The notes under the pieces were generated by a model. That model saw nothing but the letters and a program-made list of their open reading frames with translations, searched no databases and was not told the DNA's origin. 64,000 nt of DNA, from assembly GCA_010356995.1 (NCBI GenBank), contig ML996701.1, forward strand, positions 674,963 through 738,962. The letters are read 5' to 3'. Positions within the stretch are counted from its first letter, which is position 1, and every line of letters starts with the position of its first letter. A program made the position numbers and the translations under genes. The DNA is from Trichodelitschia bisporula. Its lineage: Eukaryota. Of the stretch, positions 23,450 through 34,550 are shown piece by piece.

Positions 23450-26043
23450 ATGGCCGCACCACTTCCGCGCATGGACAGCGGGTACGGAGTCGGACAGGCT
23501 GCCGAGTTGCTAAATGAGGAACGAAAACACGCAATCCTCGTCAACGAGGTGGTCGTCCATGTCGAGAAGCCAGGGGATTCGTTTGATCAAGGTGGGCTGA
23601 AGCTCCATAAGTCAACATCAACCGTACGTATCCGGCTTTTATTCGTTGCTTTATCCTGCGGGGGTGTCTCCGGAGACCCGAATGAGGCGGCTTCCCCATT
23701 TGAGTCAACGGCTAGCATCGTTGTGTCGTTGCTGGTGTAGAAGCATCTTGCGCCCGATACAGTCCACCGGGAGCATCATGGCGTGAACCACAGCCTCGTC
23801 CCTTTGGCACACGAGCGGAGAAGGTTGCTAAAATGGATTAGCTGGACCATTTGCGGATTGATTTCCTCAACGGAGAGGTGAAGACGCTGCATCGGAGGCA
23901 GAGCCACGGTATGTCCCTCCATCGTTATGCATGCTGGCATATTGAGAGGAGCAGATGATATCCCTCACAAGGCTACGAACTTCATTGTGGAAGTCCAGTC
24001 CACGCAGGAAGCCTTGTTGGACCGCGAAGACACGGACCACAACCACCAGATAACCATCGACGATACGGGCCCCAAGGTGGGTGCATTACTAATCCAGTGA
24101 GCGGTGCTAACAAAGGCCAGGTCCTGGTGCTGCGGACAGTCAAGTCAAAGGGATTCCGCACTGCTGAAATCCGAGGCGCATATGCTCTGTCCAACGTGCT
24201 TGGCGCCCTCACGTTCGCGCAGGAAGACAAGGAGAAGTATGCCATCCTGCGTTGGTCCAGTCTCCATGAGGGGCCGGTTACCCGCCTTGCCCGGCTCATC
24301 AAGGATGTCTTTTGGGAGAATCTCACCCGCCGCCTGGATGCATCGATGATTGCCGCAGCCGCGACAGATGCCAAAGATTGGACGGAAAATCCACAGCCGC
24401 GGATATACGTTCCCCGTGGCGCTCCGGAGCAGTTCGAGTACTACACTCGTGTAGCCAAGGAGAAACCAGAGATCAACCTGGACGTGCAGCTGATCCCCAG
24501 CAATGTGACTGAAGAGGTGTACAAGAAGATGCTGGAAAAGCCCGGGCTCCTGGCCTTGGAGATGGAGGAATTCGTCAATCCCGTGACCGGCGAGAAGGAC
24601 CTCCGCGGACTGCCGTTCATCGTCCCTGGCGGGCGGTTCAACGAGCTGTACAATTGGGACAGCTACTTCAACGCCATCGGCCTGCTGGCTAATGGTTACG
24701 TCCATCTCGTCCAGAGCATCGTGCGGAACTTCATCTTTGAAATTCAGCACTATGGCTTCGTCCCGAACGCGAACCGATCGTACTACCTGCTCCGGTCCCA
24801 GCCGCCGTTCCTCACCAGCCTGGCGCTCAAGGTATACAGACGGATCCGCCATGAGCCGGACTCAAAGGAATTCCTTCGAAACGCGACGCTGGCGGCCATC
24901 AAGGAGTACAACCAGGTATGGACCGCAGAGCCACGGTATGATCCAAAAACGGGCCTTTCGCGCTACCGGCCACAGGGCGTGGGCATTCCGCCGGAGTGTG
25001 AAAAGGGCGCGTTCTCCGGACTGTTGGAGCCGTACTGCAAGAAGCACAACATGACCGAGGACGAGTTTACGGAAGCGTACAATTCTGGGGCCGTTAAGGA
25101 ACCGGTGCTCGATGAGTACTTTTTGCACGACCGCGCTGTGCGAGAGTCCGGGCACGATGTGTCGCTACGATTCGAGGGCGTCTGTGCCGACCTCGCCTGC
25201 ATCGATCTCAACTGCCTCCTTTACCGCTACGAGACCGACATTGCCGAGATAATCCGCACCGAGTTCGATGACAAGCTACAAGTACCGGCCGAATTTTGCG
25301 CCATCGGAGACATCCCCGACCGGATCGAGACGTCCGCATTTTGGGACCGGAAGGCGAGGCTGCGGAAGGAGCGTATCGACAAGTACCTCTGGGACGCGGA
25401 GAAGGGCATGTACTTTGACTACAACACCAAGACAGGCAAAAAGCACACCGTCGAGTCGGCAACGTGCTTCTGGACGCTCTGGTGCGGAGTTGCGTCGCCG
25501 CGGCAGGCAGCCCAGCTCGTCAGCAGTGCACTCCCCAAGTTCGAGAAGCCGGGCGGCCTGGTCGGCACCACGGAAGAGTCAATACCCAACCGTGGCAAGA
25601 ACCTGAAATGCCATGACGGACATCAGTGGGACTATCCCTTCGGCTGGTCGCCGCACCAGATCCTGGCGTGGGACGGACTGCGGCGGTATGGGTACTACCA
25701 GGACGCAGAGCGCGTTTGCTACCGGTGGTTGTACTCAATCATCAAAGTGTTCGTCGACTTCAACGGCGCAGTAGTGGAGAAGTACGACGTTACGAACCTG
25801 CGGGCGCCGCACATTGTGAAGGCGGAGTATGGCAACCAAGGGCTCGACTTCAAGGGATACGCCAAAGAAGGGTGAGTTGCTTGCTGTCGACATCCGATTC
25901 CGATTAACTGGCGTAGATTCGGTTGGACCAACGCGAGCTTCCTTCACGGCCTGTCAATCGTTAGCATTCGCATGCGGCGCGCACTGGAGGTTTGTGCAAC
26001 ATACGAAGCGTACAGCGAGTCTATCGGTGCGGAGAAGTTCTAA
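23450..26043 (+). CDS. Neutral trehalase (GH37), multi-exon
   Basis: RRQSH PKA-type site; Ca-binding [58 protein letters not shown] and GFGWTNAS motifs. Introns near 23624, 23909-23954, 24077-24120 and 25872-25917. The 5' exon structure is less certain. Confidence 0.93.
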
Positions 26044-26384
26044 TTCTACGAGGTTGACGTGGCGAGGACAGGCTTGGCTTGCAGGACGATGAAGTTCATC
26101 AGGATGACGTCATGAATGGCGGCACGAATGGCATGCTCATGAAGCACTGAAGCAACACAATAGTGCAGTATATCAACTTTGAGTTGGGCAACTGTGTGTC
26201 GTGCAGTGCGTCAGTGCCTCGTTCCCATACAGCGGTGCTTGATATCGATTACCCAGTTTTGAGAACCCGGCCCCCAGCACTGATCTGCCCCTCCCCTCCA
26301 ACAACGGATTCAACGACACACAAACTGACCACCCCCAACCTCAACTTGCACAAATCAGCAAAAAGAGACAAAGGGCAAAAAGAG

Positions 26385-26471
26385 TGGCTGTGCCTGGAAT
26401 CGAACCAGGGTTTACACGGATCCGGCGAAGGAAACCACAACGTGTTGTACTAACCACTATACGACACAACC
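26385..26471 (-). tRNA. tRNA-His(GTG) with ~15-nt intron
   Basis: Minus strand reads GGTTGTG..TAGTGGTTAG..ACACG TTGTGG [intron] C CGTGT..GGTTCGATTCC..CACAGCCA. The acceptor stem pairs, A and B boxes are present, and a T-run terminator follows. Confidence 0.95.
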
Positions 26472-26726
26472 TGGAGGATAAGCCACTTCGACCATTGGCC
26501 GATTGATGCTGAGGTAAGACTTTTTGCAACCTATAATGGGTTACATTTGGGTCACATTCGGATCACATTCACACTTCGAAGTCACAGCATTGCAATATTC
26601 AGAATTTTTTGATGTATCATTTGATTTTTGTATCTCCTCAAGCACCAGCTCCAAACCAAGTCTATTCCGCACTGCTTTCGCAGGCTTTATCTTGACCTAG
26701 CTCGGATAGCCAGTCAAGCGGCAGGG

Positions 26727-27194
26727 TCACACCTCGAGCGTCCTTCGGAGACATCGCCGCTCTTCCTCTTCCTCCATCCTAGCCCAGACCCTCGTGAGCA
26801 TACCCTCGATCTCGGTTTGACGATCAAGGGTCTCGCTCCGCTCCTCGTGGAGCCTGCGCAAGTCATCCCTGATCCTGCACCACTCCACGTGGTAGCGGAT
26901 CTTAGACCAGGTGGAGGAGGAGCGCAGATACTCCAGCAGCGCCCGACGCCTCTGGAGGCGCAGCCTCTCCGCCTCTTTTTCGCGGAAAACCCTTTCGAGG
27001 GCCCGAAGCTCCTCGCAGTATGCCGCCTCCATATGTTCAAGCACCTCTTTTTGCCGTGCCTCGAATCTGGCTAGACACTCGTCAGCCTCCTCAGTCCCCT
27101 TCGCCTTTGCGATGTCTGACCACATCTTCCTCTTCATACACTTGTCGCCCTCCGGCTCTTGCGTGTAAATATTTTCGTAAATATCTTCAAACAT
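26727..27194 (-). CDS. Hypothetical E/R-rich coiled-coil protein
   Basis: 155-aa ORF with protein-like charged helical composition; no family recognised. Confidence 0.45.
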   Translation of the reverse strand: MFEDIYENIYTQEPEGDKCMKRKMWSDIAKAKGTEEADECLARFEARQKEVLEHMEAAYCEELRALERVFREKEAERLRLQRRRALLEYLRSSSTWSKIRYHVEWCRIRDDLRRLHEERSETLDRQTEIEGMLTRVWARMEEEEERRCLRRTLEV

Positions 27195-27304
27195 CTGCAG
27201 TCGTTTGAATGCTGATGTTTGAAGACGATGTATGCGTGGGGATCTATATCAGCATGGTGGACGAAGCCATATATACGGCATGGCCTTGGTGGGCCGTGAA
27301 GGCG

Positions 27305-27530
27305 ATATAACGGAGTGTGAAGCAGCTGTCCACAATTGCGAGGTCAGCCTTGCAGTTTTATGAGGGTGGTCAACGGCGATGGTCTTGCAGAGGGAGACAT
27401 AGTGGGCGAGACAGTGAAATATAACAAGATGTGAAGCAGGTATCCACAATTGCGAGGTCAGCCTTGCGCTTTTATGAGTGCAGCCAACAGCAATGGTCTT
27501 GCAGCGAGAGACATAGTGAGCGACAACAGC
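27305..27530. repeat. Diverged direct repeat, 2 x 114 bp
   Basis: CACAATTGCGAGGTCAGCCTTGC at 27331 and 27445; ATGGTCTTGCAG and GAGACATAGTG also repeated. Confidence 0.9.
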
Positions 27531-28217
27531 GCAATAGTCTCAAAGTGAAGAAAAATAAAAAAGGCACTTAAAATCAAAAATATACAGCTAAGTTCGACAA
27601 AGAGACGTCATCTCATCGCCCTCATCATCACGTCATCACGTACCGTGGTGATGGTGAGATACGCTATGCTGACGGCACAACCGGCGAAATCTTAGCCTCA
27701 CTCCTCACTCTGCCGCGCATCGTGGTATATTCGAGCTCTACAACTACCGTATTCCAGCAATGGCGATCTTCAAGAATATTCAGACCTCGATTTGCGTGGC
27801 TTGTTCATCCGAAAACGTCGAGCAGAGGCTTATCGGCTAACGTGCCAATAGCGTTCAGCATCTTCGAGACTGGTCCATCTAGGTACTGCATAGGAGGAGT
27901 TTGGAGTAAGTCACTTATCTGTCTGTCTCCAAATCGGAAGACCCCATGATGCCCTCGCTCGATAGCCTCAACCCCATCCCTTCCAGGTGAACTGTACGGA
28001 TGTACGGTAGCGATTGTCCTATCAACCTAGGCGTCTCGAGCGCCACGCCCTGTCCCGCCATCCATGGCGGCCATCTGGGCAAGGAAGGAGGCGTCAAGGG
28101 CGTCCTCGTATTCTCCATGGCCACAATCAACGTACAAAACCACGCGATACCCGCGGGGCGCCTAACCTCTCTCGCCCTCCCACCCCGTCACCAAAGGCGA
28201 CGCGCCCATCAAGCGAC

Positions 28218-29885
28218 ATGAACCTCCTAACCCTCGCCCTGAGCCTCCTCGGCGTCTGGTTCCTCTCCAACACCCTCGCCTTCTGGTCCAACGTCTCCAA
28301 AGCACGCAAATCCAACCTCCCAATCCTCTACGCCCCCTTCAACACTAAAAACCCAATATGGATGGTCCTAAGCGTCGCCCTCCGCCCCCTCATCTACCGC
28401 ATCCTCCCCGCCCGCCTCTACGATGAAATAAAGCCCCACCTCTTCGGTTGGGAATTCACCGACAAATACGCGCTCCACGCCCGCATCGGCCCCGCCTTCC
28501 TTGCCGTCTCCTCCGGCGAGATAATGTTCGTGTGCGCAGACCCAAACCTCGCGCAGGAAATCCTCTCCCGCACGCGCGACTTCCACGCCCTCAGCATGAC
28601 AGGCGTGATAATGGGCATCTTCGGCCCGAACCTGATCACCCTCTCGGGGCCCGCCTGGTCCCGCCACCGCCGAATCGTCGCCCCCGCGCTGAACGAGCGC
28701 ATCAGCGCCGCCGTCTGGGCCGAATCGCGGTCCCAAGCCGACCACATGCTCGCGTACTCCCTCGCCCAACCGAAAGGCCACAATCCCACGCCCCTCTCCG
28801 GCCTGCGCAGCATAGCCTTCAACGTCCTCGGCAATATCGGGTACGGCCAGCCGCAGCCCTGGAGCCCGGAGCCAGCGCGCATAGCCGGCGGGCAGAAACT
28901 GAGCTACTTCGGGTGTGTCCAGGCAGTGGTCGAGCACATCGTCCCCGCCGCCATCCTGCCGACGTGGTTCCTGCGCATGCCTTTCCTCCCGAAGGCCATG
29001 GACGCGGTGGCGCAGGCTATGACCGAGTTGCCGGCGCATACGAAGGCGATGTTGGCGGCGGAGCGGGCGGCGGGAGCGGAGAAGGGGAATATCATGAGTA
29101 TGCTGGTGCGGTTGTCAGATCAGGAGGCTAGGGACGGTAAGAAGGAAGGGGGGGATTTGCCCAAGGGCGCGCAGTGGCTGTCCGAGGAGGAAATCAGCGG
29201 GAACCTCTTCCTCTTCACGGTCGCCGGGTTTGACACCACGGCCAACACGCTCGCGTACGCGCTCACGCTCCTCACCGCGCAACCCGAGTGGCAGAACTGG
29301 CTCGCCGAGGAACTAGACGCCGTATTCAGCTCCGCAACGGACGACGCCGACTACGCCACCTTCACGCGCCTCCCGCGCCTCCTGGCGGTTATGCACGAGA
29401 CCCTCCGTTTGTTCCCGCCGCTGCTGCATCTCAGCCGCGAAAACCCGGCCTGGACCACCCTGACCACCGGTGCGGCGGAGTACCGCATCCCGCCCCACGC
29501 GCAATGCTACATCAACATCATGACGCTGCACACCGACCCTGCGCACTGGGGCTCCGACTCTTTGGACTTCCGGCCATCGCGCTGGCTCCCGGCTGACCAC
29601 AAGCCTGGAATGCCTGAGCCGCTGATCACGCCAAAGAAGGGGACGTGGTATCCCTGGAGTGGTGGGCCGAGGGTGTGTCCTGGGATGAAGATGAGTCAGG
29701 TCGAGTTTGTGGGGGTTCTGAGTACCTTGCTTGAGGGGGCGAAGGTGGAGGTTGCTAGGCTCGAGGGCGAAGGGGTGGAGGAGGCGAAGGACAGGCTGAG
29801 GAGGTTGATGGCGGATTCGCAGCCGAAACTCACGTTGCAGATGAAGAGGCTACAGGAGGTACAGTTTAGGTGGGTTCGGAGATGA
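28218..29885 (+). CDS. Cytochrome P450 monooxygenase (intronless)
   Basis: N-terminal TM anchor from ATG 28218; AGFDTT I-helix, ETLR, FRPSRW and heme motif WSGGPRVCPG. Confidence 0.95.
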   Translation: MNLLTLALSLLGVWFLSNTLAFWSNVSKARKSNLPILYAPFNTKNPIWMVLSVALRPLIYRILPARLYDEIKPHLFGWEFTDKYALHARIGPAFLAVSSGEIMFVCADPNLAQEILSRTRDFHALSMTGVIMGIFGPNLITLSGPAWSRHRRIVAPALNERISAAVWAESRSQADHMLAYSLAQPKGHNPTPLSGLRSIAFNVLGNIGYGQPQPWSPEPARIAGGQKLSYFGCVQAVVEHIVPAAILPTWFLRMPFLPKAMDAVAQAMTELPAHTKAMLAAERAAGAEKGNIMSMLVRLSDQEARDGKKEGGDLPKGAQWLSEEEISGNLFLFTVAGFDTTANTLAYALTLLTAQPEWQNWLAEELDAVFSSATDDADYATFTRLPRLLAVMHETLRLFPPLLHLSRENPAWTTLTTGAAEYRIPPHAQCYINIMTLHTDPAHWGSDSLDFRPSRWLPADHKPGMPEPLITPKKGTWYPWSGGPRVCPGMKMSQVEFVGVLSTLLEGAKVEVARLEGEGVEEAKDRLRRLMADSQPKLTLQMKRLQEVQFRWVRR

Positions 29886-30129
29886 TAATGGAAGCGGTTG
29901 ATAAAAGACAAGGAGAGGAAGAGAGTCAAAGAGACGCTTGAGACTAAATAAACAATGTGGCAAATTCCCCATGTTCCTTCCTCCCATCGTGAGCACATTG
30001 CCATGGGAAGGAGTATCCGAGGATACGGTGTATATATTCTTGGGCTTTTCTTCTTCTCTTCTTCATCTTTTATCAACTCTTCACTCCACACCATAGCCTT
30101 TTGGACGTGTCAAGGCTATGCTTCCATTA
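29886..30129. mobile_element. Two decayed LTR-family fragments in inverted (back-to-back) orientation
   Basis: TAATGGAAGC(29886)/GCTTCCATTA(30120) and GTTGATAAAAGA(29897)/TCTTTTATCAAC(30066) are reverse complements. Both arms resemble the 3' part of the 206-408 LTR. Confidence 0.6.
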
Positions 30130-30175
30130 ATCTCTGACGTTACCCAACCGCCACCACCATGAGTAGGCTAACAGG

Positions 30176-32117
30176 TTACCTTGATATCAAAGCCGGCCTA
30201 GTAACTAACTTCCCCTTCACCGACGGCTCCTCGCGGCACAACAACCCCTCAACCTCAACCCAGCTCTCACTCCCCACGCACGCCCGACACCAAAACACCC
30301 CCGTCGGATCAACACTGTGCTTAATGTCCCAAAGCTTATCATAATTCGCCCCCCAAAACGCCCACTGCCACCCGGGCGCGTCCGGATCCGCCTCGTTAGC
30401 ATACGTCCCAGCCTCGGGCGCCAGCCGTCGCAAAGAGAGCCCATACCGCGCAGCCTCCTCCTTGCGCCGCGCCAGTTCGCGCTGATCCGCCCCTTCCCAC
30501 TGCACCTCCGCAGCTGGGCGCATGACCGCCGTGCGGAACGCCGGGTTCACGGCGTTCCCGCCACCCCGCATGAAGGGTGGGTTCCACGTCCCGACCCCCA
30601 TCGTCGCGTCCGTCAGCATGTACGTGTCCGTCCCAAAGGCCCCGCGGATCGCTTGAGCCAGCTCCGGCTGCGCTACGTCCGCCGCGCTCCATAGCCAGGA
30701 GGCCATGATCTTGCTCCCGCCCATGCCGGGGAAGCCCGCCTGGACCGCGTTCGCGGTTTCCGCCTCCGCCGGCGCATTGCTCGCTTCAATCGCCTCGGCC
30801 AGCGATTCGAACTGCACGTACCGCCCAGTAGCCACCCCTGGTGCCGGGCGCCGCGGCTGCCGGGGCTTCCGCCGGTCGTCGTCATCGTCTTTGCCAGAGC
30901 TGGGCCGCGCGCCGCGGTTGCCCGGCATGGCCGCGACGATGGGGTCGACGATGGCGCGCAGGGCGTTCGCCGTCATGTTCGGAACGCTGACGGACCACGT
31001 CGCCTCGCCGCTGCGCCCCGGGTACCCGCGGATGTAGCCACTGCCGCCGACGCGAGCAAGCGCCGGCCACGAGCGATGCATGTGGACGATTTGGTCCCAG
31101 CCTTCGAGTTTGCCGTTGAAGCGGGCCGAGGTTTGCTTGGGGAGGGCTTGGATGGTGAAGGCTGTTGCGACGCCGTAGGTGCTGCCGCCGCCCTGGGGAG
31201 TGGGATTAGTGATGAGTACCGGGGATGAGGAGGGGGGACTTACGCCGCGCATCGCCCAGAAGTACTCCGTGTTCTGACATTCGTTGGCGGTAATGATTTC
31301 CCCCGCGGCGGTTACTAGCTCGATCTCGAGCACCATGTCAGCGCCGAGGCCGTACTTCGCGCTCAACGCTCCGTGGCCCCCGTTCTGCAGATACCCGCCT
31401 AGACTGACGCTGTTGAAGGCCCCGCCCACGACGCCGTAGTCCTTGCCGCGCGCGGACGAGTACACGTCGCCCCACTTGGCGCCGGCGCCGACGGTCGCGG
31501 CAGGGCCGTTAATAACACTGCGGCAACCTTTCGGGGTGAAGGTTGTTTCGTGCCATTTGATGCTCTTGAGCTGGTGAGTCCAGATAGAGAGAGAGTTCGG
31601 CTGCGTAGAGCTGGTTCCATCAGTAAAAAAAACCCCCATACGCAGCACATGCCTACCGGCCCAAAAAGTCATGCCCCGTGCTCTTGATATTCAACCGCAC
31701 ATTCCTGGTGCGCGCAAAATTGACCGCCGCCTGAACGTCCTGCGGGTTACGCGCTTCGACTACGTAGATCGGATATCCGGCCGTGGAACATGATGCCGAT
31801 GCGTCTGGCATGCAGCTGTAGTTGTTGTAGTTCTGCCACATGCCGCTGGTGGGGTGCTTCGCGTGCCACGCGCTATCCTTCCATCCATCCTTGATGTCGG
31901 TGCACGCATCCGTGCTGTATCCTGGCTGACCGCGATGGCATCCCGCGGCCGGCGCATTCGGCTTCAGCAGCTTTCCACCGACCGCGGTGTTCAGACCCGC
32001 CCACTCGGCATCGGACGGCCAATCGGCCGTACCGGGCATAGCCTTGCACTGCGGCGCGGCATGGCCGGCGCAAAAGAGCGACAGAAGCGCAAGAGCAAGA
32101 GAAAAGAGTGTCATCAT
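30176..32117 (-). CDS. Secreted FAD-linked oxidoreductase (berberine-bridge-enzyme-like), 3 exons
   Basis: Signal peptide; IKSTGHDFLGRS covalent-FAD motif; GGYLQNGGHG, FWAMRGGGG, YANEAD, FWGANY and DPTGVFWC motifs. Introns 31611-31656 and 31193-31243. Confidence 0.93.
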
Positions 32118-34550
32118 GCTGCTCCGTCGCAGCGTAAACACACACAAGGAACAAAGAAACGAACGTACGCAAAGAAAGCAGCTTTCTCGAAACACCCCGC
32201 GAAGCCCACGCGGGGCCTCGCGCTTTCAAAACCCCGATGGGTAAACTCATGCCAAGGGGTCTGCGGGGATGTCGGATTTGCAGGACAATTAAGAGGCGCG
32301 CAGAGCGGAGACTCGCACAGATCGAGGGGCTGCGCGTGCGGCCATGGCGATCGTATCTGATCTACGTAGAGGGGCGGCGGTGTCTGGGGGGGAGATCGGG
32401 TTCCACGAGTCGGGTCGCCTGGCTGGGTGGTTGGATCGCGGGGATGGGCCGATGGGGAGGGGGGGGGGGGGGAGGGGTAATATGGGTGTATATGGGGGGA
32501 TCGCTTTACTTGCGTCTGGGGAGGGCGTGGGGATCGAGTGGATTAATCAGCGTGGGCTTGGGGGGTTGGGCTTCGGGCTTACTTGTTGGAGGGAGGGAAG
32601 CCGTGAGGGAGGGAGAGGGATGCTCCGAGGCTGGATATTTTGGGGCCTGGTTTAATGTAAATTGGCTACAACGGGAAGGAATACAATTTAGTGGTGACCA
32701 GAGATTCGGCGTGGAAACCGAACGGTCCAATGGCGCACGCCGTCAGAAGTACGTCAAGCCGAGTCAAGAGACCCAGTGACTGGGCGAGGAGCTACGTTAA
32801 ACAGCGGCGATGTAATCGCCTTGGCGAGGCTGGTTTAGGCCATCGAGACGCGAGCGACCGAAGGTCAAAGTGATTGCGGAGGAGAATGCCCAGACGCGGG
32901 GAATGCAGCCCAGACTCTGGAGTTGCGGGGTCTAGACGAGGCTGCCATGGCTGGGATAGGGCGCGGACGCGCAGTTGCGTGTATAATGCAATGTAGACGA
33001 GGCTGTGGCGCTTTGTTTCAGATGTCTCGTTTACTGGAGGGTCAATTTCTGGGCTAATTTCGGGGAGGGAGGAATCACGTGGACCGGGAGAGTCGGGTTT
33101 GTTGAGGTTGCGTTGCGTACAGCCATGTCGATTGTTCAGCGGGATGGACCAGCTGATCTTGAGGGTCATCTTGAATCGTACATCGGTTCTCGGTCCTCAT
33201 TGCCTGGCAAGAAAGACTTGACGTGATGCGAGGGGCATTTGCAAATCCATCAGACACGACGGAAACGGCCGTCCCAGTGTATCTCTGTACCTGATGCCCG
33301 AGCAGCCAAGTACGCTCGCAAACCACTAAAGCAAGGTCAATCCTGTCGCGGCGATGAAGCCGCCGCTGCGAAGTCCTGCAATTGGCTCCTGTTCGCTGAT
33401 AAGGGAGAGATCGGAAACCATAATCTTTAACCTTATATGGTTTAGCTCTGGACGTCTGCTTCACTGGCTAGAAATGGGAGTCGATTCCGGTGTCCGATCG
33501 ATGCGTGCGAGTGCTGGGAAGGGCTGATCCTTGGACGTCAGTTATGTATGTCTCCCAGCGAACGTAGGGTGTGGGAAACGGAGGAAGTGCTGGTGTTGCT
33601 AGACGATGATCTTTAAGCTAGTTAGCGAAGTCATGCAAGAGCAGCACTGGTGCTCAACCCCGTACGTTCGTTTTTACCTCTTCACCTTTACTGCAGGTGC
33701 AGTGCCCTGCAGCTCCTCCTCCTACCGCGATTGAGCTCTACTCTCTGGTTAGGCGTCTCTCGGGTCCAGACAAGATAGCGTTTGTGCGTCAACTTCGGCG
33801 CCTTGAATGCGATCGTGATGAAAAATCGCATCTTTCGTCGTAATGATACAAGGTTCACTAGACCACCTGACCTCGCGAAGGCTGAGCTTCGGGAAGATCT
33901 TCGCTACTACCAACCGGTCGAATGACTTATATCATTGGGACGAAAGGTGCGATTCTGCATCATGGTCGCGTGAAGGCTCCGAAGTCGACGCAGAGACGCG
34001 AGATTAATCTCTAGCCATCCATCTTCCCGATAGAGAAGGCCGGGACGCCGCCGGAATGCCTGATCCATTCGCGTTGAAGATACTTGGCCGAGATCGTCAC
34101 GCAGAACCGGTAGCTCAAAGTGGCAGAGGTTGTAGAGCGCCCAAAGGGTGGCTCCTTCAGCGAACGTGGGATGGCACAGAGAGAAGAGGACGCTTCGATT
34201 GACAAACGGACCATGAATTAGCAACATGATGAGGAGAGTGTGAGATGTCGTCTCCTTTTTTTCTGGTGGTGGTGATCCGAAGGCAGGAGTCTCGGCTCAA
34301 GTGTCCCCGCTCCGGGAGACGACCCCAGGCCATCCAAAAGAGTCATGGCCTATCCATCAATAGTCGCTGCTTTTGACTCGCCAAATTTCTTGTGTAGGTG
34401 CCGCCAGAACTTTCAGGGAAGGCTCCATAACTTCTTGGGATTTGCCTTACCTCCAACAACCTCATTTGCTGACGCAGTGGCGGCATCGACTCATCGAACC
34501 CCGCTGTCGCGCGCAACTTCCTCCCATCTCCTCACAACATCACCCAGCCA

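Noticed and set aside
28014..28217. N-terminal extension of the P450 ORF
   Set aside because: It begins at a non-ATG start; ATG 28218 directly precedes the typical membrane anchor.
32790..34230. Protein-like minus-strand ORFs (33907-34227 and others)
   Set aside because: No family was recognised and no coherent exon chain was found; an orphan gene or pseudogene cannot be excluded.
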